Below are positions 7,998 to 16,336 of a stretch of DNA of 26,792 nucleotides, piece by piece (the first letter of the stretch is position 1; each line of letters begins with the position of its first letter). This DNA comes from Candidatus Anderseniibacteriota bacterium (lineage in GTDB: Bacteria > Patescibacteriota > Andersenbacteria > UBA10190), in NCBI GenBank assembly GCA_003229735.1, contig QIFI01000066.1, positions 1 to 26,792 of the forward strand. The letters run 5' to 3'. Both the position numbers and the translations under genes were made by a program. Below the pieces are notes generated by a model. That model saw only the letters and a list, made by a program, of their open reading frames with translations. It did not search any database and had not been told where the DNA came from.

Positions 7998-8461
7998 CCC
8001 AATCAAAGAACATTTGGTATAGCTTGCTCATTCTCGCCGCAATAATTATTGTAGTTGGCCTTTATTGGACGCGGCGATCCCAGACAACAATTCAAAATCA
8101 GCCGGCCGCCAGCCAGTCTGAAAAACCGCTCGCCTTTACCGGACTTAGTTCACGGCAGTTAAGCGACCTTCTGCCCAACAAAGATTTTACTTTGATTGAT
8201 GTGCATATTCCCGAACAGGTCCACGTGCCGGGCACGGATTTTATGATTCCCTATAATGATCTTACTGCTCTAATCAAAGTTCTGCCGGATAAACAGGCTA
8301 AAATAGTTCTCTATTGCCGGTCTGGAAGTATGAGTAAAACAGCCGCCCAGGCTCTGGTTGACCAGGGTTATGCCAACATATTTGATCTAACCAACGGCAT
8401 GAACGAATGGCTGTCCGAAGGCCGGGCCACTATACCCCTGGGCAGTATTCCTGAAATATAG
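7994..8461 (+). CDS. Membrane-anchored rhodanese-like domain protein
   Basis: N-terminal TM, LIDV motif, active-site loop YCRSGSMS, and L..GMNEW. True start is likely ATG 7994 rather than 7913. Confidence 0.85.
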   Translation: MTQSKNIWYSLLILAAIIIVVGLYWTRRSQTTIQNQPAASQSEKPLAFTGLSSRQLSDLLPNKDFTLIDVHIPEQVHVPGTDFMIPYNDLTALIKVLPDKQAKIVLYCRSGSMSKTAAQALVDQGYANIFDLTNGMNEWLSEGRATIPLGSIPEI

Positions 8462-8527
8462 AATTTTCCGGCAGCTTTGCCAGAAGTGACTATTACATTT
8501 TTCACGCCAAAGGTGTACAATTAATAA

Positions 8528-10399
8528 ATGATTAGCGGAGTCGCTACTACCAGAAAAAAAGTCAGCGTGGTTATGGTAGCAGTCGCGCCTATCCATGGAC
8601 AAGTTGTCTGGTTGGGCTGGCAAAAATCCGGCCAGGTTATTAGGCCTCGAGTATTTACCTCTCAACCGAACGGGGCCATTAAACCCTCCCCGCGATCCGT
8701 CAGCCTGACCAGAACTGACGGCAGTGACTATGTCGCCCTGGGCCTGGCCGATGCCCGGCTGGCCCAAGTGGAAGACAAATATATGTTGACCTGGAGGGAA
8801 GTCCTGGATAGCCGTTCCAGCCCGATGATGGTGGCCGTCTCGGCTGACTTAGCCTCCTGGACGGTTTACGACACCAATATCAATGCCTCCGGCCCCTCCA
8901 TAATTGTTTCGCAATATTCCTGGCAGAATCGCTTAGTTATGTATTATGAAGATGGTTTAATCCGGATGGCGACTTCACCGGAAGGGCAAAAATGGCACAG
9001 CTGGGATCGGTTTATGCTTGCTCCCCGATCAACCAAATTTGATCACGGTCTATTGTCCATTCTGGCATCATGGCAGACCAGTCAGGGAGTTTTGACAATT
9101 TATGATGCTTCGATTAGAAAATCTGATAGTTGGCAGTTAAGAATTGGCGCTCTGTTCACCTCAACAGATGAACCGTTCCAGATAATCTGGAGAAGCGAGC
9201 GGCCCCTGATCAAGGTTGATCTACCGGAACAACAAGCCATTAGACCGGTGGGCAGTGTCCTGTTAAATGGATATGTGCATTGCTATTGGCAAAAGCAGGA
9301 TGGTTCAGTTTTTACCATGTCGGCTCTGGCCCCCACCATTAAAAAACTAAACATTAAGCGTCACGTCTCACCTTTAGTTAGACATAGAGCTAACCCCATT
9401 CTTGAGCCTACGAATCAGGCCTGGGAATCCACTGGCACCTTTAATCCGGCCGTCCTCCATGATGATGACGGAATTATCCATCTGATATACCGGGCCGTGG
9501 GCCATGATGGCTTATCAGTTTTTGGCTATGCCAAAAGCGAAGATGGCACCACTATTACCGAGCGCTCCACCCGGCCGGCCTATTGGCCCAGGGAAATTTG
9601 GGAAGGAGTTAATTCTCAACCCAGCCGCTACAGTGAAATATTCTTATCCGGCGGCGGCTGGGGCGGGTGCGAGGATCCAAAATTAACCCGGATTGGCGAC
9701 ACCGTCTATATGACTTATGTGGCCTTCAACGGATGGGGGCCCCCGCGCGCGGCTTTGACCTCCCTGCATATTGATGATTTCAGGGCTCAAAATTGGAATT
9801 GGTCGCCGCCTCAACTTATATCACCGCCGGATACGATTACCAAAAGCGCCTGCTTATTATCAGAAAAAATCAATGGCAAGTTTGTCATGTTCCATCGGAT
9901 ATTTCCTGATATTTTAATCGACTATTTAGATGATCTGGAATTTGGCGAAGATAAATGGCTGGCCGGACACGACCGAATTGGCATCCGCGCCTCCTTTTGG
10001 GATAGCCGAAAGTTAAGTATCGGCGCCCCGCCCATCAAATGTGATCAGGGGTGGCTGGCGATTTATCACGCCGTAGATGATCGTGATCCTTCCCGATACA
10101 AAATGGGAGCCATGCTGTTGGATCGTGATAATCCATCTCGAGTCATCCGGCGCACCAGTCGGCCCTTAATTTGCCCTGATGTTCATTATGAGAACGAAGG
10201 CAAACCCGGGGTAGTCTATCCTTCCGGCGCGGCTATTAAAGATGATCGTCTGCTGGTTTATTATGGCGGCGGAGACCGCGTGGTTTGTGTGGCCGAGTCT
10301 CCGATTAAAAAATTTATGTCTTTCCTGATGAAATCGGAAAACATCGACGCGCCATTAAAAATAAGACCGGAAGATAAATGCATACGGGCTCTGGAGTAA
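8528..10399 (+). CDS. GH130-family glycosidase/phosphorylase; degenerate N-terminal domain plus intact C-terminal domain
   Basis: NPIL..., FNPAV, GCEDPKL, and YPSGA...YYGGGD motifs; the N-terminal half retains only a weak ADARL echo. Confidence 0.85.
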   Translation: MISGVATTRKKVSVVMVAVAPIHGQVVWLGWQKSGQVIRPRVFTSQPNGAIKPSPRSVSLTRTDGSDYVALGLADARLAQVEDKYMLTWREVLDSRSSPMMVAVSADLASWTVYDTNINASGPSIIVSQYSWQNRLVMYYEDGLIRMATSPEGQKWHSWDRFMLAPRSTKFDHGLLSILASWQTSQGVLTIYDASIRKSDSWQLRIGALFTSTDEPFQIIWRSERPLIKVDLPEQQAIRPVGSVLLNGYVHCYWQKQDGSVFTMSALAPTIKKLNIKRHVSPLVRHRANPILEPTNQAWESTGTFNPAVLHDDDGIIHLIYRAVGHDGLSVFGYAKSEDGTTITERSTRPAYWPREIWEGVNSQPSRYSEIFLSGGGWGGCEDPKLTRIGDTVYMTYVAFNGWGPPRAALTSLHIDDFRAQNWNWSPPQLISPPDTITKSACLLSEKINGKFVMFHRIFPDILIDYLDDLEFGEDKWLAGHDRIGIRASFWDSRKLSIGAPPIKCDQGWLAIYHAVDDRDPSRYKMGAMLLDRDNPSRVIRRTSRPLICPDVHYENEGKPGVVYPSGAAIKDDRLLVYYGGGDRVVCVAESPIKKFMSFLMKSENIDAPLKIRPEDKCIRALE

Positions 10400-10400
10400 T

Positions 10401-12305
10401 ATGTTCATTGTTAGGCGCCAGGATCATAATCCTATCATCACCCCTGATTGGCACCGGCCCTGGGCCGCCCGAGCCGTCTTTAATTGGTGTCCTTGGTCAG
10501 AGCCAAACCAAACCCATGTAGTCTATCGCGCCGAAGCCAACGTTGACCCCTTGACCGAGATGGAAGTAGGCATGTCAACCATTGGTTATGCTCAAAGCCG
10601 GGATGGCATCCATTATACTGATCATCGCCAGTTAATAACCCCCCAGGAGCCCTGGGAGAAATATGGGTGCGAAGATCCCCGGATTACCAGAATTGCTGGT
10701 AATTACCTGATATTCTACACGGCTCTCGGCGACTACCCATTTTCCGCCAAAGGAATTAAAGTAGCCGTCGCTTTAACGGATAATCTAAAAGAAATTCAGG
10801 CCAGGCATCTGGTTACGCCATTTAATGCCAAAGCCATGGTCATGTTTCCGGATCGAATTGGCGGTAAAATGATGGCCTTATTGACGGTTAATACCGATGA
10901 CCCGCCGGCCAGCGTGGCCCTGGCTTCCTTCGACAATCTATCCGATATTTGGTCGACAGCCAAATGGCTGCAATGGTACAAATATCTGGAGCAATCCGAA
11001 TTGGATCTCCACCGTGAACCTGGAGACCACTGCGAAGTGGGAGCGCCGCCGATCAAAACCAAAGCCGGGTGGCTGGTAATATACGCTCGTATCAAACATT
11101 ATTTCTCCGAGGATCGGATATTCGGCGTAGAAGCAGTTCTACTGGATTTAAAAGACCCTCGTCAAGTAATTGCCCGCACTCAATATCCTCTCCTGGTGCC
11201 GCAAGCTCTTTACGAAAAAAACGGTCAGATGCCTAATATAATTTTTCCCAGCGGGGCCTTATCAAAAAGAAAAAAAATTCAAATATTCTATGGTGGAGCC
11301 GACACCGTTTGCTGTCAGGCTGAAGTAGAAACAGATCATCTATTAACAGCCATGGCGGCTAAGCCCGGCCAGGATTTTATGAAGAGATCAGCCGAAAATC
11401 CTATTCTCGCCCCGATTAAAGATCATGCCTGGGAGTCCAAGGCGGTATTTAATCCGGCCGCCATAGCCGCTGGCGGGCGTTATCACCTGCTATACCGGGC
11501 CATGTCGGAAGATGATACGTCCGTCATTGGCTACGCCTCTAGTCCCGACGGTGAAAATTTTGATCAGCGATTACCAAAGCCGGTTTATCTGCCCCGTGAA
11601 TCGTTTGAGATTAAGGGGGCGGATAATGTCGGGTCGGGTTGTGAAGACGCCAGAATGGTTCTGGTAGAAGACAAGATATTCATGACTTATACTGCTTATA
11701 ACGGCGTTAGTGACCCTCGAGTCGCCATCACCTCTATTAAGATAGATGACTTTATCAACCATCGCTGGGATTGGGCTAAACCCTATTTAATTTCCCCGCC
11801 CGGGATTATGGACAAAAACACCTGTATTATGCCGACCAGAATTGACGGCAGATATATGATGCTGCACCGGATAAATGTCAACATTTGCGGCGAATATATT
11901 GACTCTCTGGACTTTTCTCAAGAGAAGCTGGAACACTGTATAGAAATTATGAGGCCCCGGCGCGGTATGTGGGACAGCCTGAAGATCGGCATTTCCGCTC
12001 CCCCCATTAAAACCAAAGCCGGATGGCTTCTGCTTTATCATGGGATAGGGGAAGATCACGCCTATCGGGTGGGAGCCGCTTTATTAGACCTTGAACATCC
12101 CGCCACCGTCTTAAGCCGAACTAACACTCCTTTACTGGAACCAATAGAGTCATATGAAAAAGAGGGGCAGGTAAACAACGTAGTCTTTCCTTGCGGGGCC
12201 GTAGAAATTGGCGGAGAAATATATGTATATTATGGCGGAGCAGATTCCTATGTAGGCCTGGCCAAATTCAACCTAAAAGATTTACTAAAAATCCTCACCG
12301 CTTAA
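10401..12305 (+). CDS. GH130-family glycosidase/phosphorylase with two tandem domains
   Basis: Two repeats of NPI...FN...GCED(P/A)R...FP(S/C)GA...YGGAD. Confidence 0.88.
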   Translation: MFIVRRQDHNPIITPDWHRPWAARAVFNWCPWSEPNQTHVVYRAEANVDPLTEMEVGMSTIGYAQSRDGIHYTDHRQLITPQEPWEKYGCEDPRITRIAGNYLIFYTALGDYPFSAKGIKVAVALTDNLKEIQARHLVTPFNAKAMVMFPDRIGGKMMALLTVNTDDPPASVALASFDNLSDIWSTAKWLQWYKYLEQSELDLHREPGDHCEVGAPPIKTKAGWLVIYARIKHYFSEDRIFGVEAVLLDLKDPRQVIARTQYPLLVPQALYEKNGQMPNIIFPSGALSKRKKIQIFYGGADTVCCQAEVETDHLLTAMAAKPGQDFMKRSAENPILAPIKDHAWESKAVFNPAAIAAGGRYHLLYRAMSEDDTSVIGYASSPDGENFDQRLPKPVYLPRESFEIKGADNVGSGCEDARMVLVEDKIFMTYTAYNGVSDPRVAITSIKIDDFINHRWDWAKPYLISPPGIMDKNTCIMPTRIDGRYMMLHRINVNICGEYIDSLDFSQEKLEHCIEIMRPRRGMWDSLKIGISAPPIKTKAGWLLLYHGIGEDHAYRVGAALLDLEHPATVLSRTNTPLLEPIESYEKEGQVNNVVFPCGAVEIGGEIYVYYGGADSYVGLAKFNLKDLLKILTA

Positions 12306-12311
12306 AAATAT

Positions 12312-12690
12312 CGTTCCCCTCTCCCCTCGAGGTCTGCTCGCCGAACGGGCGGGGGAGAGGGCTAGGGTGAGGGGGCCGTCGTATTTGAAAATTAAAAGCA
12401 AGGGGGGGCGCTCCTCCCCCTGCCCGAGGGGGAGTTAGAGGGGGTGGGAGAAATTGATAAATAGCCATTCTCGCAACCGCATTCCCCTCTCCCCACGTGG
12501 GGAGAGGGTTAGGGTGAAGGGACGCAACCGCCGCCGCCTTTTGCCGTCTACATTAGCATTGCCTTAGCAGTATTCGCGTCATTCGCATGCGATTAGTGGA
12601 TTAGCATCGCTCTTTAACTTTTCCCTCGTATTCGGGTCATTCGGATGCAATTCGGATATTAGGGTCGCCTTCGAGTCATTCGGATAAGAT
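12312..12690 (+). repeat. Mosaic repeat spacer: three hairpin/G-tract elements (12312-12375, 12411-12446, 12482-12521) plus ATTCGC/ATTAGC unit (12570-12624) and degenerate copies
   Basis: CCCCTCTCCCC..GGGGAGAGGG-NNAGGGTGAGGGG copies; the same modules recur at 21.1, 22.5, 24.0 and 26.5 kb. Confidence 0.88.
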
Positions 12691-12697
12691 TTGTAGA

Positions 12698-14449
12698 TTA
12701 GGATCGCTTCTCAATCTTAATCTTCAGCTCCCCAATCACATCTTTCAAACTCTTCCCTCCCTCATCACCCTTCTCTCGCGATCTAACCGCTACCTGACCC
12801 GCCTCAACTTCCTTCTGGCCCACAATCAGCATCACCGGCACTTTCATCATTTCCGCCTCGCGGATTTTTTTACCAATACTTTCCGATCGCTCATCCATCT
12901 CCGCCCTGATTCCGACAGCTCTCAATTTTTCCACCGCTCCCCTCGCGTATCCCAGTTGATCATCAGCTATCGGCAGTACCTTGACTTGAGTAGGGGATAG
13001 CCATAAAGGCAATGCCCCCGCGTAATGCTCCAGTAAAATGGCCATAAATCTCTCAAGTGATCCCGTAATCGCCCGATGAATCATCACCACTCTCTTTTGC
13101 TCGCCATCATCCGCTGTATAAGTCAGATCAAATCTTTCTGGTAGATTGAAGTCCAGCTGGATAGTCGCCAATTGCCACTTGCGCTTCAAGGAATCTTCGG
13201 CCGCAAAATCAATCTTAGGTCCATAAAAAGCCGCCTCGCCTTTATCCTCCTCAAACTCCACTTTCTGGTTCCGCAATATATCTCTTAACTTTCCTTCCGC
13301 TTTCCGCCAAACTTCCTCACCGCCCAGATATTTTTCCGGCTCTTTAGGATCACGCAGTGACAAATGAACCAATAACTTCATATCAAAAACCTGATAAAAT
13401 TTAGTGATAATTCCATATACCATATCAATTTCCTGACTCACTTGATCCGCAGTGCAAAAAATATGAGCATCATCAACCGAAATCGCCCGCACTCTTGATA
13501 AACCCTGCAATTCGCCCACCTGCTCATCCCGATACATCATTGTCACTTCCGAATATCTAATCGGTAATTCCTTATAGCTCCGTTTTCGCGCCGCGTATAT
13601 TTGCGTATGATGTGGACAATTCATCGGCTTCATCACAAACTCCGCCTCACTCTTGCCCTTAACGTGAAAAATATCATTCTGGAATTTATCCCAGTGTCCG
13701 CTGACCTCATACAAATCTCGCTTGGCAATATGAGGAATAGTCACCCGCTCAAAACCATGCCTCTCCTGCAATTCCCATAAAAAGTTTTCCAGTTGTTGTC
13801 TAATCACCGTTCCTCGCGGAGTGAACAAAGGCAGACCCGGCCCCACCAGAGGTGAAAAAGTAAACAAGTCCAATTTCTGGCCCAGTTTTCGATGATCCCT
13901 CTTTTTAGCCTCTTCTCTTAACTGCAAATACTCTTTCAATTCTGGCTCCGTCTCAAAAGTAACCCCGTAAATCCTCTGCAATTGCGCGTTCCCCGTATCT
14001 CCTTTCCAATACACTCCGGCCAGCCGGATCAATTTAAAAAAACCAATCTTACTCGTTGATTCCACGTGCCCGCCTTCACACAAAGTCACAAAAAAACCAT
14101 CTCCCATATCAGAAATTCCTACCATCTCATCCTCAATCTCATCAATCAACTCCAGCTTAAACGGATCATCAGCGAACATCTCCCGCGCCTCTTTCTTGGA
14201 TACCTGCTGATGTGTCATGACTAAATTCCGGGCCTTAATCTTCTTCATCTCTTTCTCCAATCTCTTCAAATCATCCTCCGACCAGTTTTCATCCACGTCA
14301 ATATCGTGATAAAACCCGTCCTCTATGGCCGGCCCCACTCCCAGGCGCGTCTCCGGCTTCAGCACCGTACTGGCCGCCGCCAGCACATGGGCCGCCGTGT
14401 GCCCCATCTTCTCCTCCTCGCTCGTTTGCGCTTGATCTTTTTTACTCAT
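12698..14449 (-). CDS. thrS: Threonine--tRNA ligase (lacks N-terminal TGS domain)
   Basis: RDHRKLG, KPMNCPHH, DDAHIF, GEAAFYGPKID, IHRAITGSLERF, and anticodon-binding domain. Confidence 0.97.
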   Translation of the reverse strand: MSKKDQAQTSEEEKMGHTAAHVLAAASTVLKPETRLGVGPAIEDGFYHDIDVDENWSEDDLKRLEKEMKKIKARNLVMTHQQVSKKEAREMFADDPFKLELIDEIEDEMVGISDMGDGFFVTLCEGGHVESTSKIGFFKLIRLAGVYWKGDTGNAQLQRIYGVTFETEPELKEYLQLREEAKKRDHRKLGQKLDLFTFSPLVGPGLPLFTPRGTVIRQQLENFLWELQERHGFERVTIPHIAKRDLYEVSGHWDKFQNDIFHVKGKSEAEFVMKPMNCPHHTQIYAARKRSYKELPIRYSEVTMMYRDEQVGELQGLSRVRAISVDDAHIFCTADQVSQEIDMVYGIITKFYQVFDMKLLVHLSLRDPKEPEKYLGGEEVWRKAEGKLRDILRNQKVEFEEDKGEAAFYGPKIDFAAEDSLKRKWQLATIQLDFNLPERFDLTYTADDGEQKRVVMIHRAITGSLERFMAILLEHYAGALPLWLSPTQVKVLPIADDQLGYARGAVEKLRAVGIRAEMDERSESIGKKIREAEMMKVPVMLIVGQKEVEAGQVAVRSREKGDEGGKSLKDVIGELKIKIEKRS

Positions 14450-14530
14450 AATTAAATACTACCAGACCCTTCAGCATGACACACTATCCAAATCTCGGTC
14501 AATGTATAAACCGTAAATAAAACAATTCTT

Positions 14531-14658
14531 CGTCATCGCGAAGAGGAGCCAGAGGCGATGACGCCGGGTTAATGGCTGTCATCGCGAGGCCCGCCGGCGG
14601 CGGGACGCGGCCATCCCGGGGTCTGACGGCGGGATTACTTTGCTTCACTCGCAAAGAC
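14531..14658. repeat. REP-like palindromic element(s), GTCATCGCGAG...CTCGCAAAGAC type
   Basis: Perfect inverted repeat CGTCATCGC (14531-14539)/GCGATGACG (14555-14563). Second element 14578-14658 has imperfect terminal IRs and an inner CCCGCCGGCGGCGGG palindrome. Confidence 0.65.
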
Positions 14659-14688
14659 GTTACCGGTTAGGTGCTACTATCAGAAACC

Positions 14689-14717
14689 TTGACATCCCCT
14701 CAAACATCCTATATCAT
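14689..14717 (+). promoter_or_regulatory. Sigma70-type promoter of the RHH gene
   Basis: TTGACA-17 nt-TATCAT. Confidence 0.65.
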
Positions 14718-14736
14718 TGTAATACAAATTATTACA
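14718..14736. promoter_or_regulatory. Putative autoregulatory operator
   Basis: Perfect inverted repeat TGTAATA-caaat-TATTACA directly after the -10 box and 4 nt before the ATG. Confidence 0.55.
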
Positions 14737-14740
14737 TCCT

Positions 14741-14956
14741 ATGCGTCAAGTAATTAATATCTCCATGCCTAAAGACATGGTCTCATTCGTTAAAAAAGAG
14801 GTCAAAGCCGGCAAATATGCCTCCGTCAGCGAGTTTTTCCGCGCCCTGCTTCGCGATTACGAAGAACAGCGCGTTTTAGCAGATTTGCAGGAGAGCGAGC
14901 GTGAGCTCCGGGCAGGCAAAGGTAAAGTCTTACGCTCACTTAAAGATTTACGTTAA
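14741..14956 (+). CDS. Ribbon-helix-helix protein, ParD/CopG-like antitoxin (orphan)
   Basis: INISMP beta-ribbon, G.YASVSEFFR.LLR, and a short charged helical C-terminus. Confidence 0.8.
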   Translation: MRQVINISMPKDMVSFVKKEVKAGKYASVSEFFRALLRDYEEQRVLADLQESERELRAGKGKVLRSLKDLR

Positions 14957-15038
14957 AATTTAAAATATATGGGCACCATATTAGGGTCATCGGTCATTTA
15001 TTATGGTATTAGTCATTGTTATGATTGCCGCCTACCAA

Positions 15039-16187
15039 CTACTTACTAATTACTAATATCTCCACCGCCTCCGGCCGACTCGGTATGCTAGTCACCCAGA
15101 AAGGGGAGAATAAAACTTTTACCTCTCCCACTCCCGGTAATTTCCGCAATTGTTCCCGCGCCTCCTCGGCCGTTAACCCCGCGATATTATCGGCTGAAAA
15201 AAGCGCCGACCCTAATTTTGCAGCAAACGTACCCGACAAAGACCCGGTTATCACCGCCTCCCCCCGTTCAAAATCACTCCGTATCAATTTAGCCGAAAAT
15301 GTTTGCGGATCATACGTCACAAATTCTTCATCCGGTCCCGCCGCTCCTCTTAAATTCAATAACGTTAGACTCAATAAATCATTCTCATCAACTATAAATG
15401 ATTTTGCTTCCACCACTGCCCTAACCAGCAGCTTACTGGTCTGACTGCCCACATCCGCGGACACCGTCAACTCTTTCTGATTAAAAGCAGTTAAATCCTG
15501 GCGCAGTAAAGCTCCTCCCGCCGCTGAAGTCATTTCTCCCATCAACCGCTCCCGAGCCGCCGCCAGCACTTTATCTTCCGCCAGTTTCTTCTCCGCCTCC
15601 GTTAACGGCTGATCCACCACCAGGCCCCCGGTCGTGGCTTGCCCGCTCTCCGCGTATACGGTTGATTGCAGACTGGCCGGCAATTTATCAATCACAAATC
15701 TTCCCGCTTCCACGTTCCCTTTGGCCCCCGCCTCCTTAGCCGTAATCCCCACTTCAATTTCTGCCTGCGGTGGAATAATCACTGCTTTATCTGTCAGAAA
15801 AAAAACTCCCGTCTTCCCGTGCCGTAAATTAGTTTTGGGCAATAGTCTCTGCTCTTCCGCCTGCTTATTAATCATCTTTACTGCTCCCTTGGCAAAATCT
15901 TCCCTGGTCTCCCCCTGACCCCTGGTAATTACCTGCTGTTCCGTCACTTCCTTGGTCACCACTCGACTCGGCAGTACAAACTTCACAAAATCAGGCTCTC
16001 CAGCCGCCGCGGATAATATAATTTTCTGCTCCACGGATCGCTCTATTGTCGCCGGCGACACCTCAATTATCGCCTTTGGTAAATATATCCCGGCCATGAT
16101 TCCAATCACCGCCGCCACAACTACTACTCCCAACAGGAAGGCCATTCTCCTCGGAAAAACCAGGTGAAGATTGGACATAGGAAGCAT
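15039..16187 (-). CDS. Membrane-anchored protein with baseplate J-like domain
   Basis: One N-terminal TM; F.TD..V.IP....V...A...G..GNV.......TTGG pattern reminiscent of baseplate J-like domains. Start may be the second ATG (16178). Confidence 0.6.
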   Translation of the reverse strand: MLPMSNLHLVFPRRMAFLLGVVVVAAVIGIMAGIYLPKAIIEVSPATIERSVEQKIILSAAAGEPDFVKFVLPSRVVTKEVTEQQVITRGQGETREDFAKGAVKMINKQAEEQRLLPKTNLRHGKTGVFFLTDKAVIIPPQAEIEVGITAKEAGAKGNVEAGRFVIDKLPASLQSTVYAESGQATTGGLVVDQPLTEAEKKLAEDKVLAAARERLMGEMTSAAGGALLRQDLTAFNQKELTVSADVGSQTSKLLVRAVVEAKSFIVDENDLLSLTLLNLRGAAGPDEEFVTYDPQTFSAKLIRSDFERGEAVITGSLSGTFAAKLGSALFSADNIAGLTAEEAREQLRKLPGVGEVKVLFSPFWVTSIPSRPEAVEILVISK

Positions 16188-16194
16188 CTAAAAA

Positions 16195-16299
16195 CCCCTC
16201 TCCTCTCGAGGCCTGCCCGCCGAACTGGCGGGGGAGAGGACTGGGTGAGGGATATTTTTAAACCTCATCCCCGCCTTCTCCCTATTCCGGTAGAAAGGA
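16195..16299. repeat. Hairpin/G-tract element (16195-16251) with a degenerate inverted copy (16263-16299)
   Basis: CCCCTCTCC..GGGGAGAGGACTGGGTGAGGG followed by CCTCATCCCCGCCTTCTCCC. Confidence 0.75.
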
Positions 16300-16336
16300 T
16301 TGACTGGGTTATTAGACGCTTTTATAAACATAACCT

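Noticed and set aside
8432-8448. CsoR-like operator ATACCCCTGGGCAGTAT
   Set aside because: Imperfect and inside coding sequence at the end of the cluster, not at its promoter.
12351-12375. KOPS sites in the G-tract tails
   Set aside because: The motif is GGG-NN-AGGG, not the enterobacterial KOPS GGGNAGGG.
14450-14690. T-box leader for thrS
   Set aside because: No T-box (GGGTGGNACCGCG-like) sequence or specifier stem on the minus strand.
14969-15049. Possible toxin ORF after the RHH gene
   Set aside because: Only 26 aa, made largely of repeat-like sequence, with no ParE/RelE features.
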